A stretch of DNA of 64,000 bases from Ginglymostoma cirratum. Its lineage: Eukaryota. Position 1 is the first letter of the stretch; every line of letters begins with the position of its first letter. Location: positions 23,494,549 through 23,558,548 of the forward strand of contig JAHRHZ010000021.1 in NCBI GenBank assembly GCA_024137785.1. The letters are read 5' to 3'. The notes beneath the pieces were generated by a model, which made no database searches, was not told the origin of the DNA, and worked only from the letters and a program-made list of their open reading frames with translations. The position numbers and the translations under genes are program-made. Shown here piece by piece: positions 13,091 through 24,432 of the stretch.

Positions 13091-14549
13091 CTCTAAGTTG
13101 TTGTTACAGTGCTAAACCAATGTAGCTAAATTGAGCCTGAACTTGAACTGAATGAGTAGGTACTCTTAGGCTGAGTCTGATATTTCAGATGTAATGTAAC
13201 TAGCTATTAATTAATACATAGTAATGCTACTCACTATTCATCAATATTGAGCATAACTTCTGCTGAAGATTTAGTGGGGACACTCATTCCTGCTTGGTAG
13301 CCGTAACCTTGACTAATTCCAATAAGAAGGATTGGTGGCAGTGAATCTTCCCAAGGTTTCCCAGTCAAACTAATATAACATGCTGGCAGCTCAGAGCCAC
13401 AGCATTATAATAACTGTCAATTTCTTTTCATTTTGTATTTCCCTAGTTGCGCTAGCAAATCTGTGGTAGGTTAAAAACAAAGAATGCACTGGCGTAAACC
13501 CTTGATATTCAGGATGTGGAAAGTGATTGCTATATATTGTTTGGTTGGGTTGAATTTTTCTAGCTCCTGAATGATAACAAGTCAGTTGGAAAAAAATGCC
13601 AAGATCAGAAAAATTAGATTCTTGACATTGAGAAAAAAAATCTGATTTTTGACCCAAGGTTTGAACGATGAGATGAGGATCTCATTAGTGAGCAGGGAGA
13701 GGCCTATTTTTACACATTTGAATCTCATTATTTCTGAATCTCTTCTCTTTTATGCATAATTTCCTATTCTCTCACACATTGGAGAGAAATTAGACAGTAA
13801 CAATTCTTGACATGATAGTCAGAGCAGATACCTGGCAGCGTGCCACATGCTCCTACATGCTTTCATTTCGGACAGCAATTCCCAACTCCCCAGGGCACTC
13901 TCCATGGGCAGTTGCAACCCCTGTCCACAAGGTTGGCATCAGAAAAGCATCAGACTCATCACATCATCATGGCACATCTCCAGCTCAATTAGAATGCAGT
14001 TCTCCACTTCAATACTGCATTTTGGAATATGCTGATATCTTGCATTGCAATGTTGCTGCTAGATCACTTTGCAGAAAGGACAGGCACATTGTTATGCATC
14101 AAAGCAGGGTGTACCTTAGAACACTTTGATGACTCACTCATTTTGCATCTACTTTGATGCCCACAGCGCCTCTGCTTTGCCTTTCTGTTCCGTATTGCAT
14201 GTTGCCACCTCCTTCAGAACTTAAAAGATTTATGCGTTGAATTTTACTGGAAATCAGCCAAGTGTCGTTTTCGTTGAGTTTCTTGGAGGATTTATCTCTG
14301 CAAGGCCTAGTGAGATTTTTTTGTGCAATCATCCCAAACCCACTTCATTAAATAGGCACCATGCACCTATCATGTTCCTCTCATCTAATGCTAGCCAAAT
14401 GCTCCCACACAGCAAAGGTAGAAGTACTCACCACTGCTGGGATCTCCTGGAATCCCTGGTGCTGTCACCATATTTAAAAGGCCATTGTGCACCTGGTCAA
14501 GTCTGCAGTGGGGGTCCACCCTGCACAATTAGCAACATTTTTCCCAGAC

Positions 14550-15246
14550 ATGGCATAAGGGATGAAATTGACAGCACACTTTGCAGACGAGGTGCAGGAG
14601 ATCCTGGTGGATGGGATGGTGCAGAGGAGGGACATCCTCTTCCCACATGACTACCAGAGGAGGTTATATCACCAGACCCTGCCAGCCAGGTTCGAAGTTG
14701 CTGCCCAGGAAAGTACGGTCTCAGTGTGTCTGGAGGAGCAGTGTTGGAAGATGGTTAATGACCATCTGTGCTGTTCCAGGGTAAGTTCCACCATCTTCTA
14801 CCTCACAGTCACTCTGTCTCTCCCAACAGGCTCATGCTGTGTTCATCCAGCTCTACACCTTGTTATCTTAGGCTCATAATCTGCCATTCTCACTGATGCA
14901 TGTAACATTTTCCATCACTCACTTTCACCCATCCAAACCTCCCTCCGACCCTTCAACCTCTGACACATTACTAACCCTGCATGGTGTTTGCACTGCCTAC
15001 TCACTTGCTCAGAGCACATCACCAATGTTAACATCCTTGCCACCCACTTTCATCTTACTCAATCCCTCCCTTTCTCAAATTCCAGGTGATAACAGCCCAT
15101 TGTAGGGCTAGACGAGCCAGGACAGATGGCGGAGAGCCTAACATTCTCCTCCACACCCCCTTATGAGGAGAGGGTTTTGGCCCTAACCAGTGAGGACCGG
15201 GACCAATCCTGTTAATAAACTGAAACAGCCATGTTCTGATCACCAA
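14550..15246 (+). pseudogene. Harbinger Myb/SANT-like (Myb_DNA-bind_5, NAIF1-type) gene, exons 1-2
   Basis: Exon 1 HFADEVQEILVDGMVQRRDILFP...EVAAQ...QCWKMVND ends at a gtaag donor (~14780); exon 2 (~15085-15246) AHCRARRARTDGGEPNI...YEERVLAL ends at gtaagt. Stops and a frameshift present. Confidence 0.8.
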
Positions 15247-15265
15247 GTAAGTAGTCCTGGAGGTT

Positions 15266-15359
15266 ACAAGGTGCAGAGCTGAATGAACGCAGCAGGCCAA
15301 GCAGCATCAGAGGAGCAGGAAAGCTGACGTTTTGGGCCTAGACCCTTCTTCTACTATCT
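15266..15359 (-). mobile_element. Penelope-like pLTR (family A)
   Basis: 15-bp TSD gtagtcctggaggtt (15251-15265, 15360-15374). Confidence 0.85.
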
Positions 15360-15804
15360 GTAGTCCTGGAGGTTGTTGTGGTTTTTTTTCCATTATGGCA
15401 TTAACAAGTTACAACGTCTACCCTTTGGTCATGACACATTCCCTTTTTTCACCTCCTGTGCCACCCATCAGCTCAGATACAGACATCTCATTGGGTATGT
15501 TAGTTGTAATAGAGGCAGGAGGACCTGCTGGTGAATGCTTCACTGCCATGTCTCTGCAGCTAGCGAGGAAGAAATACCCGGTCACTGGCATATGAGGACA
15601 GTTGGAGACCAGGCACCTGCTGAGCCTAGGGCAGCAGAGGTCCACATGGTGTTGATCATTTTTGACCTTGTTGAGATGCAGATGCTGACACAGGGGTAGC
15701 AGGTTTGTCGGGAGCGCATGGACAACCTGACATAAATGTTGCCTTTGGCAATTGGGGCCTTGCTGCCTTTGGGAAGTTCTTTTTTTCTCCAATAAGTCTC
15801 GGAA

Positions 15805-15910
15805 CTTTAGTTCAGAAGGGGAGTCATACTGGACACAAAATATTGACATTGTTTCTTTCTCAGCAGATGCTGTGAGACTGGTTGAGTTTCTCCAGCATTT
15901 TCTGTTTTAA
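15805..15910 (+). mobile_element. Penelope-like pLTR (family B), degenerate
   Basis: ...cagatgctg..agact..tgagtttctccagcattttctgtttt, homologous to the reverse complement of 21437-21536. Confidence 0.6.
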
Positions 15911-16170
15911 TTACTAGTTAACACAAATCAATCAGCAATTAAAGTCTTTAACTAAAATACAAACATTGTTACCATTTTACATTTTAAATTATTGTCCAAT
16001 AGCTAATACTGTGCTTCTAGTGACAAATTTTCATATTTTGTTTATTCTGATTTTCTTGTCATAAACTGTGGATTACAGTAAGATTATAATTACAATCCAT
16101 TACAGTTTTTTTCAAAGCATTTTTGAAAAATCATCAGTTACACATAAAATCCCAAATAAATCATTGATGA

Positions 16171-16184
16171 GTGCCACCTACTGG
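16171..16184 (-). promoter_or_regulatory. Candidate CTCF binding motif
   Basis: Minus strand CCAGTAGGTGGCAC matches consensus CCASYAGRKGGCRS at every position. Confidence 0.45.
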
Positions 16185-17377
16185 TTCATCAATTGCAAAT
16201 TGCTTGTTTTTTAACCTGCTAATGTTGGTTGTTTGGAGGCATTGATCAATAAACAAACTGAAGACATGGATAAGAGTTGCTTTCTTCATTTAGTTCAGTA
16301 ATTATAAAATTGGATGAATGTAAAACTCATATACCATAATGCCTATGAAGCAACCATTATTATCAAAAACTGCCCATATTGATTTTAATCTTATTCATTA
16401 TGGTGCATCATCAACCTTCATTACATTGTACATCTGTTAAATATCCTTTACAATGTTCATGTTAAAAATAAGTCCACATTGATTCTGTATAAATTAAACT
16501 TAATTGGGTTATTATTAGTGTAATACACAAACGAGGGAAATAAATCCGTAATTAAAGTTCAGATCTGCCAGTGACCTTTTTATAAATTGTTTATTTAAAA
16601 TGTCTCATAGACTTAGCACGCTTGGAAAAACACTTAGAAAAATGACTGGAAATTTTCAGGCTGAAAATCTCTGAGATTCAGATTTAATATCTGGCAGGTA
16701 GTTATCAGACTTTGTTGATAGGCACTTGAAACTCTATGCAGGTCACAGTTCGTGAAGGTCCATTTGGACTATGCAGCATTTACAGTTCTTGAAGCTGTGC
16801 TCATGGGGATTTATTATGATAAATGAGGTTTAATGAGGGCATGCAGAACACTAGACAGAAAAGCACAGCTGACAAGGTTTTCTAAAGCATTGGTGCACAA
16901 GACCCTAAACTCACAAGACAGAATGATATATAACTGACTGGACTCCTGCAAGGGATTGTCCTTTTGAATTAAGATACTCTATAATATGCATTTTATGCCT
17001 TAACTGCATTGACAAGACGCTGATAAAAATGTATTAATTAATTTCAACAATATGTGTTGTCCTACATTACTCAAATGTTTTTGTCATAAAGTACTTTAAA
17101 AGATTTAAACTATCATTCATATTAAATAATCCTTGTTATCCTGTATGGCAAGTCAAAATATAAATCTTTAGTAATTTTATTTGTTTTATATTGGAGGTAA
17201 TAGAGTAATAGAGAGCCATAAAATGAAATTTTCAGAACAAATATCTTGGGTAAGATTGGTGGCGAAAGGATTACTTTATTCTCCAGTGGCCAATTCTAAT
17301 TAATGGACTCAACAAATCGGCCTGAACAAATTTACTAAGAAGGACTCAGTCTATTTACAGGAAACTGTTGACATTAT

Positions 17378-17605
17378 GAAAGCAAAATACTTTAGATGTT
17401 GGAAATCTGAAACAAAAACAGACAGCACTGCAAACACATAGCAGGTCAGATAGCATCTGTGCAGAGAACCACATTGAATGTTTGGGTGTAGATGCTTCTT
17501 CACAATTTCTGGGCAAGGAATGATAGCTAAAATATTGACTGTTTTTCTTTGGACAGAAGCTAGCTGGCCTACCAAGTTTCATTGCTTTCACTATTTTTGT
17601 TTGTA
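17378..17605. mobile_element. Degenerate inverted pair of Penelope-like pLTRs (family B)
   Basis: aaagcaaaatac..agatgttggaaatctgaaacaaaaacag..cagcatctgtgcagaga, followed by a degraded inverted copy. Confidence 0.6.
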
Positions 17606-17780
17606 TTGATATTTCTGTTGGAATGACTTCGAAAACTGAGCCCATGATCTCAATTCCAGCACTTTTAGAATAGGATGAAAACAACAAGGTAAGTAAATTG
17701 TTCAGCACTAAAAGATACCATTCACTCCATTGTTCCTGTTCCAGTACTACTTCCACAATACAAGTATCAACCACAATCAT

Positions 17781-18230
17781 AGATAACAAGGCGTGGGGCT
17801 GGATGAACACAGCAGGCCAAGCAGCATCATAGGAGCAGGAAATCTTGACGTTTCGGGCCTAGACCCTTCATCAGAAATGGGGGAGGGGAAGATGGTTCTG
17901 AAATAAATAGGGGGAGAGGGGGAGGCGGATAGAAGATGGATAGAGGAGAGGATAGATGGAGAGGAGGCAGACAAGTCGAAGATGCAGGGATGGAGCCAGT
18001 AAAGGTGAGTGTAGGTAGGGGGGTGGGGAGGAGATAGGTCAGTCCAGGGAGGACGGACAAGTCAAGGGGGTGGGATGATGTTAGTAGATAGGAGATGGGG
18101 GTGGGGCTTGAGGTGGGAGGAGGGGATAGGTGAGAGGAAAAACAGGTTAGGGAGGTGGAGATGAGCTGGACTGGTTTTGGGATGTGGTTGGGGGAGGGGA
18201 GATTTTGAAGCTTGTGAAATCCACATTGAT
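17781..18230 (-). mobile_element. 5'-truncated Penelope-like element (GIY-YIG C-terminus + pyrimidine-rich 3' region + pLTR with hammerhead core)
   Basis: INVDFTSFKISP ORF end at ~18195-18230; ctgatgaagggtctaggcccgaaacgtc core; 8-bp TSD acaatcat (17773-17780, 18231-18238). Confidence 0.85.
17847..17874 (-). ncRNA. Minimal hammerhead ribozyme core of a Penelope pLTR
   Basis: CUGAUGA-A-GGG(UCUAGG)CCC-GAAACGUC: conserved core boxes, 3-bp stem II, palindromic ACGU in the stem III region, GUC cleavage triplet. Confidence 0.7.
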
Positions 18231-18574
18231 ACAATCATGTCTCCTTAACATCTTTCATGTCTTTAATTTTTTCCTCAAAGCTTTTATTTAACTTTATCTT
18301 CAATGTTGTGACTAACAGAACTTTAATAGCTACTTAAAGTAATGCAGTTCATATTCTAATAACAATTAACATGACAAAAATCATCGTAACCTCACTTTTA
18401 AGCTTCTAATGCTCGTCATAAATTTATCCCCTTTGTTGCCAATTCATAGAAAGAAGGAATAACAACATTGCCAACAGTTCTCATTTATATAGCACCTTTA
18501 TCATGAAAAATAATACAAGTTGATCTACTAAAGCACAGAAAAAATAAATGCTAAACATCAGAAGGGGATAGTAA

Positions 18575-19960
18575 ATGGAAAGTGAGGAAGAAATGTATTC
18601 TCTCAGAGGGTTGTGTGTCTTTGGAATTCCATTCCTCAAAAAACAGTGATGTAGAACCTTTAAAGATTGAAAAGACAGAGATAGATAGAGTCTTGATTGC
18701 CAAGGGGATGAAAGCTTATCATGATTAAACAGGAATGTGGAGTCAAGGTTAACATGAGTATTACCATTAGCCGGGATCCTAAGACCAAGTTATGAATAAA
18801 TTAATATCTGGCAAATAAAATTAGATAGACGAATGTATTGCTCAAAGGATTGGGTGGTAGGGTTTAGCTTGTGGGGCACTGGCACTAGCACTGAGGAAGG
18901 TGGAATCTCTACTATTGGAAAGATCCACACCAGAACGGTGCTAGTGTGGTGTCCTAATGAACTGCATACCTAGGGAAGTAAAAAGAGCTTTAAATTAAAT
19001 AGTAATGTAATAGGATCAAATTTGGAAAATGTGGTCAATCAAAGAGTAGAGATGAGGCTGAGAGTAAGATATTAATATGGGACATGATAAATAGACCAGG
19101 ATGGTTAGAGATAGGGATTATATATCTGAGAGTAAATCAACACATAAGGGTAGAGGTTACAAAAATAATAAAAGTAGAAAAAAAGGCTGTGTTTCTGAAT
19201 GTCTGTAACATTTGCAACAAAATAGTTGAACCGATTGCACAAATATAAATAAATAACTACACTGAATTAGCCTTGTCTTTGTAATGGCTGTAGGATGACA
19301 TAGATTGTGACCTGAGTATTAAAGGATACAGGACATTAAGAACAGATAGGAAGATGGGAAATGGTGGTGGAATGTCTTTGTTAGTAAATGGTTGCATCAA
19401 CACAGTAAACAGGGATGTTCTAAGCTTAGGGACCCAGGAAATAGAAGAAGTTTAGGTCAAAACAAAAAAATGATAAAGACAAGGAGTCATTTGTGGATAT
19501 GATGTAAAGATCCCTAATAATAGCCACATATTTGGATTGAGGAAGAAACAATAGGAGCTTGTCGGAAAGAAATAGCAATACTCATGGGGAATCTTACTCC
19601 ACATGTAGTCCAGAAAAATTAGAAGTAGCCCAGAAGAGGAGAGCATAATATGTTTTTGTGATAGTTTCTTAGGATAGCATGTTCCAGAGTTGACCAAAGA
19701 TCTGGGAATACTGCACTTCATTTTGTGCAATGAGATAGAATTCATTAATCACTTCAGGGTGAAGACGGCCATAGGTCATAATAATCATGATATGATTGAA
19801 TTTTACGCCCAGTTTGAGGGAAAGAGGCACGGTCCAAAAGTAGCTTTTAAAAATTAATTTTGGGCCCTTATGAGCAAATAAAAACAGAGGCAGCTAAAGT
19901 GAACTGACAAATTAAGTTAAGGGATAAATTAACGGTGATGCAGTGGCAAAAGTTGACAGT
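18575..19960 (+). mobile_element. Old CR1 fragments (3' RT piece, then ORF1 end and endonuclease)
   Basis: FSQRVVCLWNSIP at ~18597; endonuclease-like FLNVCNICNKI, RTDRKMGNGGG and GHNNHDMIEF. Confidence 0.75.
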
Positions 19961-20099
19961 GGATCAACAGACATTGCGGCCTGGGTCTTCTCTCACCTTT
20001 AGAGATTCGAGAAAACCAGGCCTGTGAGAGACACCTTGACTCAGGGCTACTTGTAGCCAGGCTGAGCGTACATAAAAATCTAGAAATTCCATCATGGGA

Positions 20100-22905
20100 A
20101 AACCTCAGGTGTATTGGTTGGTGAGAAGCTGCTGTTAGGGAATGAGTTTAAAATAGTTTAACGCTAGAACATATATCATATATAAAGAAGAGGTGGCAAC
20201 TTGGATTTCAGAAAGGAACACTATCAAAGGGTAGTTAAAATGAATCAAAGTAAAGTAAAGTATTAAAGTAAACCAAAGGAAAATAACGTTCATACAATTG
20301 AAGTTGTTAGTGAGTTTTATCAGAAGTTTGTACTTATCCAATGAGTAACAAGACATTTTTAGAGTAACAGAATGGCAGGTCAGCCAGGCCAAGTGGAATG
20401 TTTATTCTGTGGCATTTGTGAAGCTAAGGACATACCATATGTCCAAGGCAAACATATATGCTGGAAGCGTCACTAGCTGCACATTTTGGGCTCTGGTTTC
20501 AGGACTTAAATGATATCTGGAGGCTCTGTTGTGCATCTGCGAGGCAGAGGACTGTATGGATTGCACATATAGGGAGGTGGTAACAAAGCAGTTTAGAGGT
20601 TAGCAGGCAGAGAGAGAATGGATGACCACTAGGCAGCCTAGGAGAACAGATAGTTCAGGAGTCCCCTTAGTCTATCCTACTTTTGAATTGGTATTTTAGA
20701 AATTGGTGAGGGTATAGGTTCCTTAATGCAATGCCAGCAGTGCTAGCTTGGCACCACAGGCATCTCAACTGACGAGCGGGGTGGGAGATTCATGGTGAGG
20801 ATGAATAATGGAAGGTCAATAATGAGAGGGTTTCCATAATTAGAGGATCAGATAGGCATTTCTGTAGCATTAAATATGACTCGAGGAGGGATTGTTGCCT
20901 TCCTGGTCCAGAGTCAAGGATATCACAGAAAGCCCACAGGATATCCTTCTGGGAAAGGAGTATATCAGCCAAAACCATGGTCCATATTGGTACCAAAAGC
21001 CTAAGTAGGAAGAAGGATGTGGTTCTTAAAGCAGATTTCATGTAATTAGGAAGGAAATTATAAAGAAGGGCCTCAAGGGTATTAATCTCATAATTACTCA
21101 CAGTTTGAGTATAAAAACAGAAAGATCGATCAATTGAATGTAAGGCTGGAGAACTGGTGTAGGACAGAGGGTGTCAAGTTGTTGAAGCACTGGGAGCAGT
21201 TCTGAGGCAAGTGAGACCTTGGCAAGTTGGACAGGTTTTATTTTAGCAGGAGGGATATGGGCCAGATGCTGGCAAATGGTTCTAGATTAATTTTGGATAT
21301 CTGGTCAGCATGGACAAGTTGGACCAAAGGGTCTGTTTCTGTACTGTACATCTCTACGACTCCATGACTGGGACTGATATCCTTACAGAGAAATTTACTA
21401 GTATTGTTTGATTGTATTCAAACTAGTTTGTCAGGGACAAAAACAAAGTTGCTGGAAAAGCTCAGCAGGTCTGGCAGCATCTGTGAAGGAGAAAGCAGAG
21501 TTAACGTTTTGGGTCCAGTGACCCTTCCTCAGAACTGTTTGTCAGTTTGTCAGGGGATTGAGAACCTTAGCGGAACCCAAATTGGCAGGGAGTAAAGTTG
21601 ATAGGAGGAAGTAGGAAAGTTCCTATTGAGACAAGAAGACAGGAGAAACAAAGCTGAGCATTGAGTCTGCTTTGAATGTGGAATAATGCCAGTAAGATAA
21701 AGTTAAGGGCACTGTATGTGAATTCACACAACATTCGCAACAAACATATGATCTACTTACCATTACAGCAGCTTGGCTGTCTGGTGACCAGTGCTGGGAA
21801 CTGGTCATGCAAAAATATTTGATATTTAGGAAGGACAGACAAGACGGTGAAAAAATGTGAAGTTGCGCTGATAACAGGGGATAGGATCAGTACATTGGTG
21901 AAGGAAGATATCAGATTGGAAGAACAATGTGGGGAATTTGTTTGAGTGGAGCTAAGAGACACCAAAGAGCACCTGACATTGTTAGAGTTATTTATAGGCC
22001 ACCAGATAGTAGCGGTAGTGTGGGGCATTGTATTAATTAAGAGATGGGAGAACCACAGACAATGGGTGACTTCCATCTGCATAAAGAATGAATAAACAAA
22101 TTGAGCACTAAAGCAGAGGTGGACAAATTTATGAAGTGTATAAAGGATGGTTTTTCAGAGGAGTATGTTGAGGACCCAATTACAGGTCAGGTTATTTTAG
22201 ATCAAGTATTATCTAATAGCAAAGGGCTAATTAATGGTCTTGTAGTAAAAAAACCTTTAGGTATGAATAACCACAATCTGACAGAATTTCACATTATGTG
22301 TAAAGTGAGGTAGTTCAATCTGAAGCAAGGGTGTTAAATTGGAACAAAGGAAATTATGAAGGCATGAGGCTATACACAGGCAATGGACAATCTTTAATAA
22401 ACTATTACAAGATATACAGCAATGATACATTCTATCAAGATATAAAGTCTCGTAGAAAGTCAGTAAACCCTGGCCAGCAAAGGAAGTTCAGGGTCATGTA
22501 AGGTCTAAATTTGCCAGAAGTAGTAGCAATTTCAGGACAAGGGGGATTTAGAATACAACAAAGAAGGACCAGGGAACTGACAAGGAAAAGGGGGAAAAGG
22601 ATATCATGGAATCTGTAAAGAAATATAACAACGGCTTGTAAAAGTCTCTGTAGGTATTTGAAAATATCTGGCTAAGATGAACGTGAGTCAATAATAGGCA
22701 GAGCCTGTAGAATTTATAATGGGGAGTAGGGAAATGGCTAAAAAAGCCAAACAACTATTCTATTCTGTTGTCATGAAGGAAGATACAAGAAATCTCTAGA
22801 ACTAGAGATCCCAGTGACCAGGGAGAATGAGGAGTTGAAGAAAATCATTATTAACTAAAAGGTTATACTGGAAAAAAAGATTGGTATGCAAGTGGACTAA
22901 ATTTA
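20100..22905 (+). mobile_element. Old CR1 LINE 5' half (ORF1 zinc finger/esterase + endonuclease)
   Basis: Cys-rich ORF1 start ~20390, CCLPG.RVKDI, VHIGT, FYRPPDS, ILDQVLSN, PLGMNNHNL; heavily mutated. A CR1 3'-end piece is nested at ~21250-21368. Confidence 0.8.
21437..21544 (-). mobile_element. Penelope-like pLTR (family B)
   Basis: ttgctggaaaagctcagcaggtctggcagcatctgtg...gtgacccttcctcagaac; flanking repeat gtttgtcaggg (21426-21436, 21545-21555). Confidence 0.8.
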
Positions 22906-24432
22906 ATACTTTCAAATAGGCATGGGCTAATAAGTAGCAAGTATTATTTGTGGCACACACATACCAAAGCAATGACCTTCTATAAGTAGTTCCACATATT
23001 GTATTGTTGCTGTATGCCTCTGCCTCATCGATTTTGTATATATGGCTCATTTGTTCTATATGGTTCTGTACAGGCAATAAATGCTGCCCCTCCAGCAATG
23101 CCCATATCCTACAAATTAATGAAGAAAAAAAATGTAGTATGAATAGGCCTGGAAGGGCCATGAGTTGACATGGAGGGCCATAGAATACAAGTGGGGTCAT
23201 TGGTTGGGAAGAAGGTGGCATAAGGAGTGGGAGATGGGGTGTTAGGGGTAGAAAGCCCAACAGATTCCATTGGAACAAATTGCCGGAGAAGTGAGGCAGG
23301 ACTTTTAGCCATCCCCTCTTGGCACTCAGACTTAGTGGCATACACTTTTGTCCTGAGGTCAGAGGGGACAACATTATCCACAATCGATGCATCCCTCCAG
23401 AGAATAGATTATCACATTCAGGGCACGTCTGTCAAGTCAGGAAATTTCCCAAGTAAACTATATGCTTTGGTGGGCAAATCTCATCTGATGTCTTCAAAAG
23501 TGGAGAAAAAGGAGGTTGGAAGATAGAAACAAAATTATGCTCAATGGACTAATAAAATTGTCAGATCCTACAACAACCATCATTTGCTACCTCAACATTT
23601 AATTTCATAACTACCTATGATTAATTATGTTTAACCAAGATCAGCAAACTGTGTTCATATAATCAGCACTGCACTGGTAATGTACTGTCAAAAAAAAATG
23701 AATCTAAATAAATTTTTTTCATGCATGAAGCATTTCTATGTTTCATGCCTTCAGGCAACTTTGTTATTATAAAATAAGGCAATAAACATGAAAAAGCTGT
23801 AAATGAAAACTGCTAGTTTTTCTAAGTTTATGTCTCATACCATGAGTACAACAAAGGTACAGTGAAGGTACATGTATCAGTGTAACCACACACGAAGGAA
23901 AGTCTCCCTGTTGAACTTAATTGTGTTTTTAGACCTACTGACTGAATACATTTGATGAGAATAAGCACCCTTTTCGTTAAGTTTAATCATAAGCATTGGG
24001 CTAGTGTACATATCTCATTCCATTACACACGTGAAAACTGGCTCCAGGAGAATTAAAAAAAGTTACATAGACCTCTCTCACGGCAAGATAACCCCATCAG
24101 CTTTTACTGTATTTGCTGCTCCTTTATATAATTGTTATGACCACCATTCATGTGATATCGATTTCCTCAATTTTCAATTTAAAAATATTATTACTGGAAA
24201 ATCTATATGGAAGGTGAAGGCCTGCTGCAGAACATGTCACAAAACAATTAGTTAACTGAGTAGGAACAATGACAAGATACATCAAGAGGTATTTTCAATG
24301 GATTCTCAAACTTGGATTTTAAAATGTGGTAGGCAAGGGTAAACTGAAGGAGATTGGGATAATTCATTTTGGATTAAATTGCAGCTAACACTACAGGACT
24401 AGTACTGTGTAGGTTCCAGCCAGACAAAAAGT

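Larger units (their letters stand above)
13547..15800 (+). mobile_element. PIF/Harbinger element remnant containing a Myb/SANT gene
   Basis: Terminus-like gggttgaatttttc at 13547; contains a spliced Myb-partner gene remnant. Confidence 0.6.
15950..18450 (-). pseudogene. Decayed long-exon tract of the putative FSIP2-like gene, split by two Penelope-like insertions
   Basis: After removing 17781-18230: LKIKLNKSFEEKIKDMKDVKE, then a frameshift, then IVVDTCIVEVVLEQEQWSEWYLLVLNNLLTLLFSSYSKSAGIEIMGSVFEVIPTEISI. Confidence 0.4.

Noticed and set aside
17600-17696. Plus-strand exon ending at AAG/gtaagt
   Set aside because: No convincing acceptor or partner exons; the minus strand explains the coding character better.
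17880-18200. G-rich purine tract as a standalone G-quadruplex or regulatory element
   Set aside because: It is the pyrimidine-rich 3' region of the Penelope-like element on the minus strand.
15950-18450. Endogenous RNA-virus polymerase fragment
   Set aside because: No polymerase motifs seen; similar same-strand tracts with splice signals across 50 kb fit a host gene better. Not fully excluded without a search.
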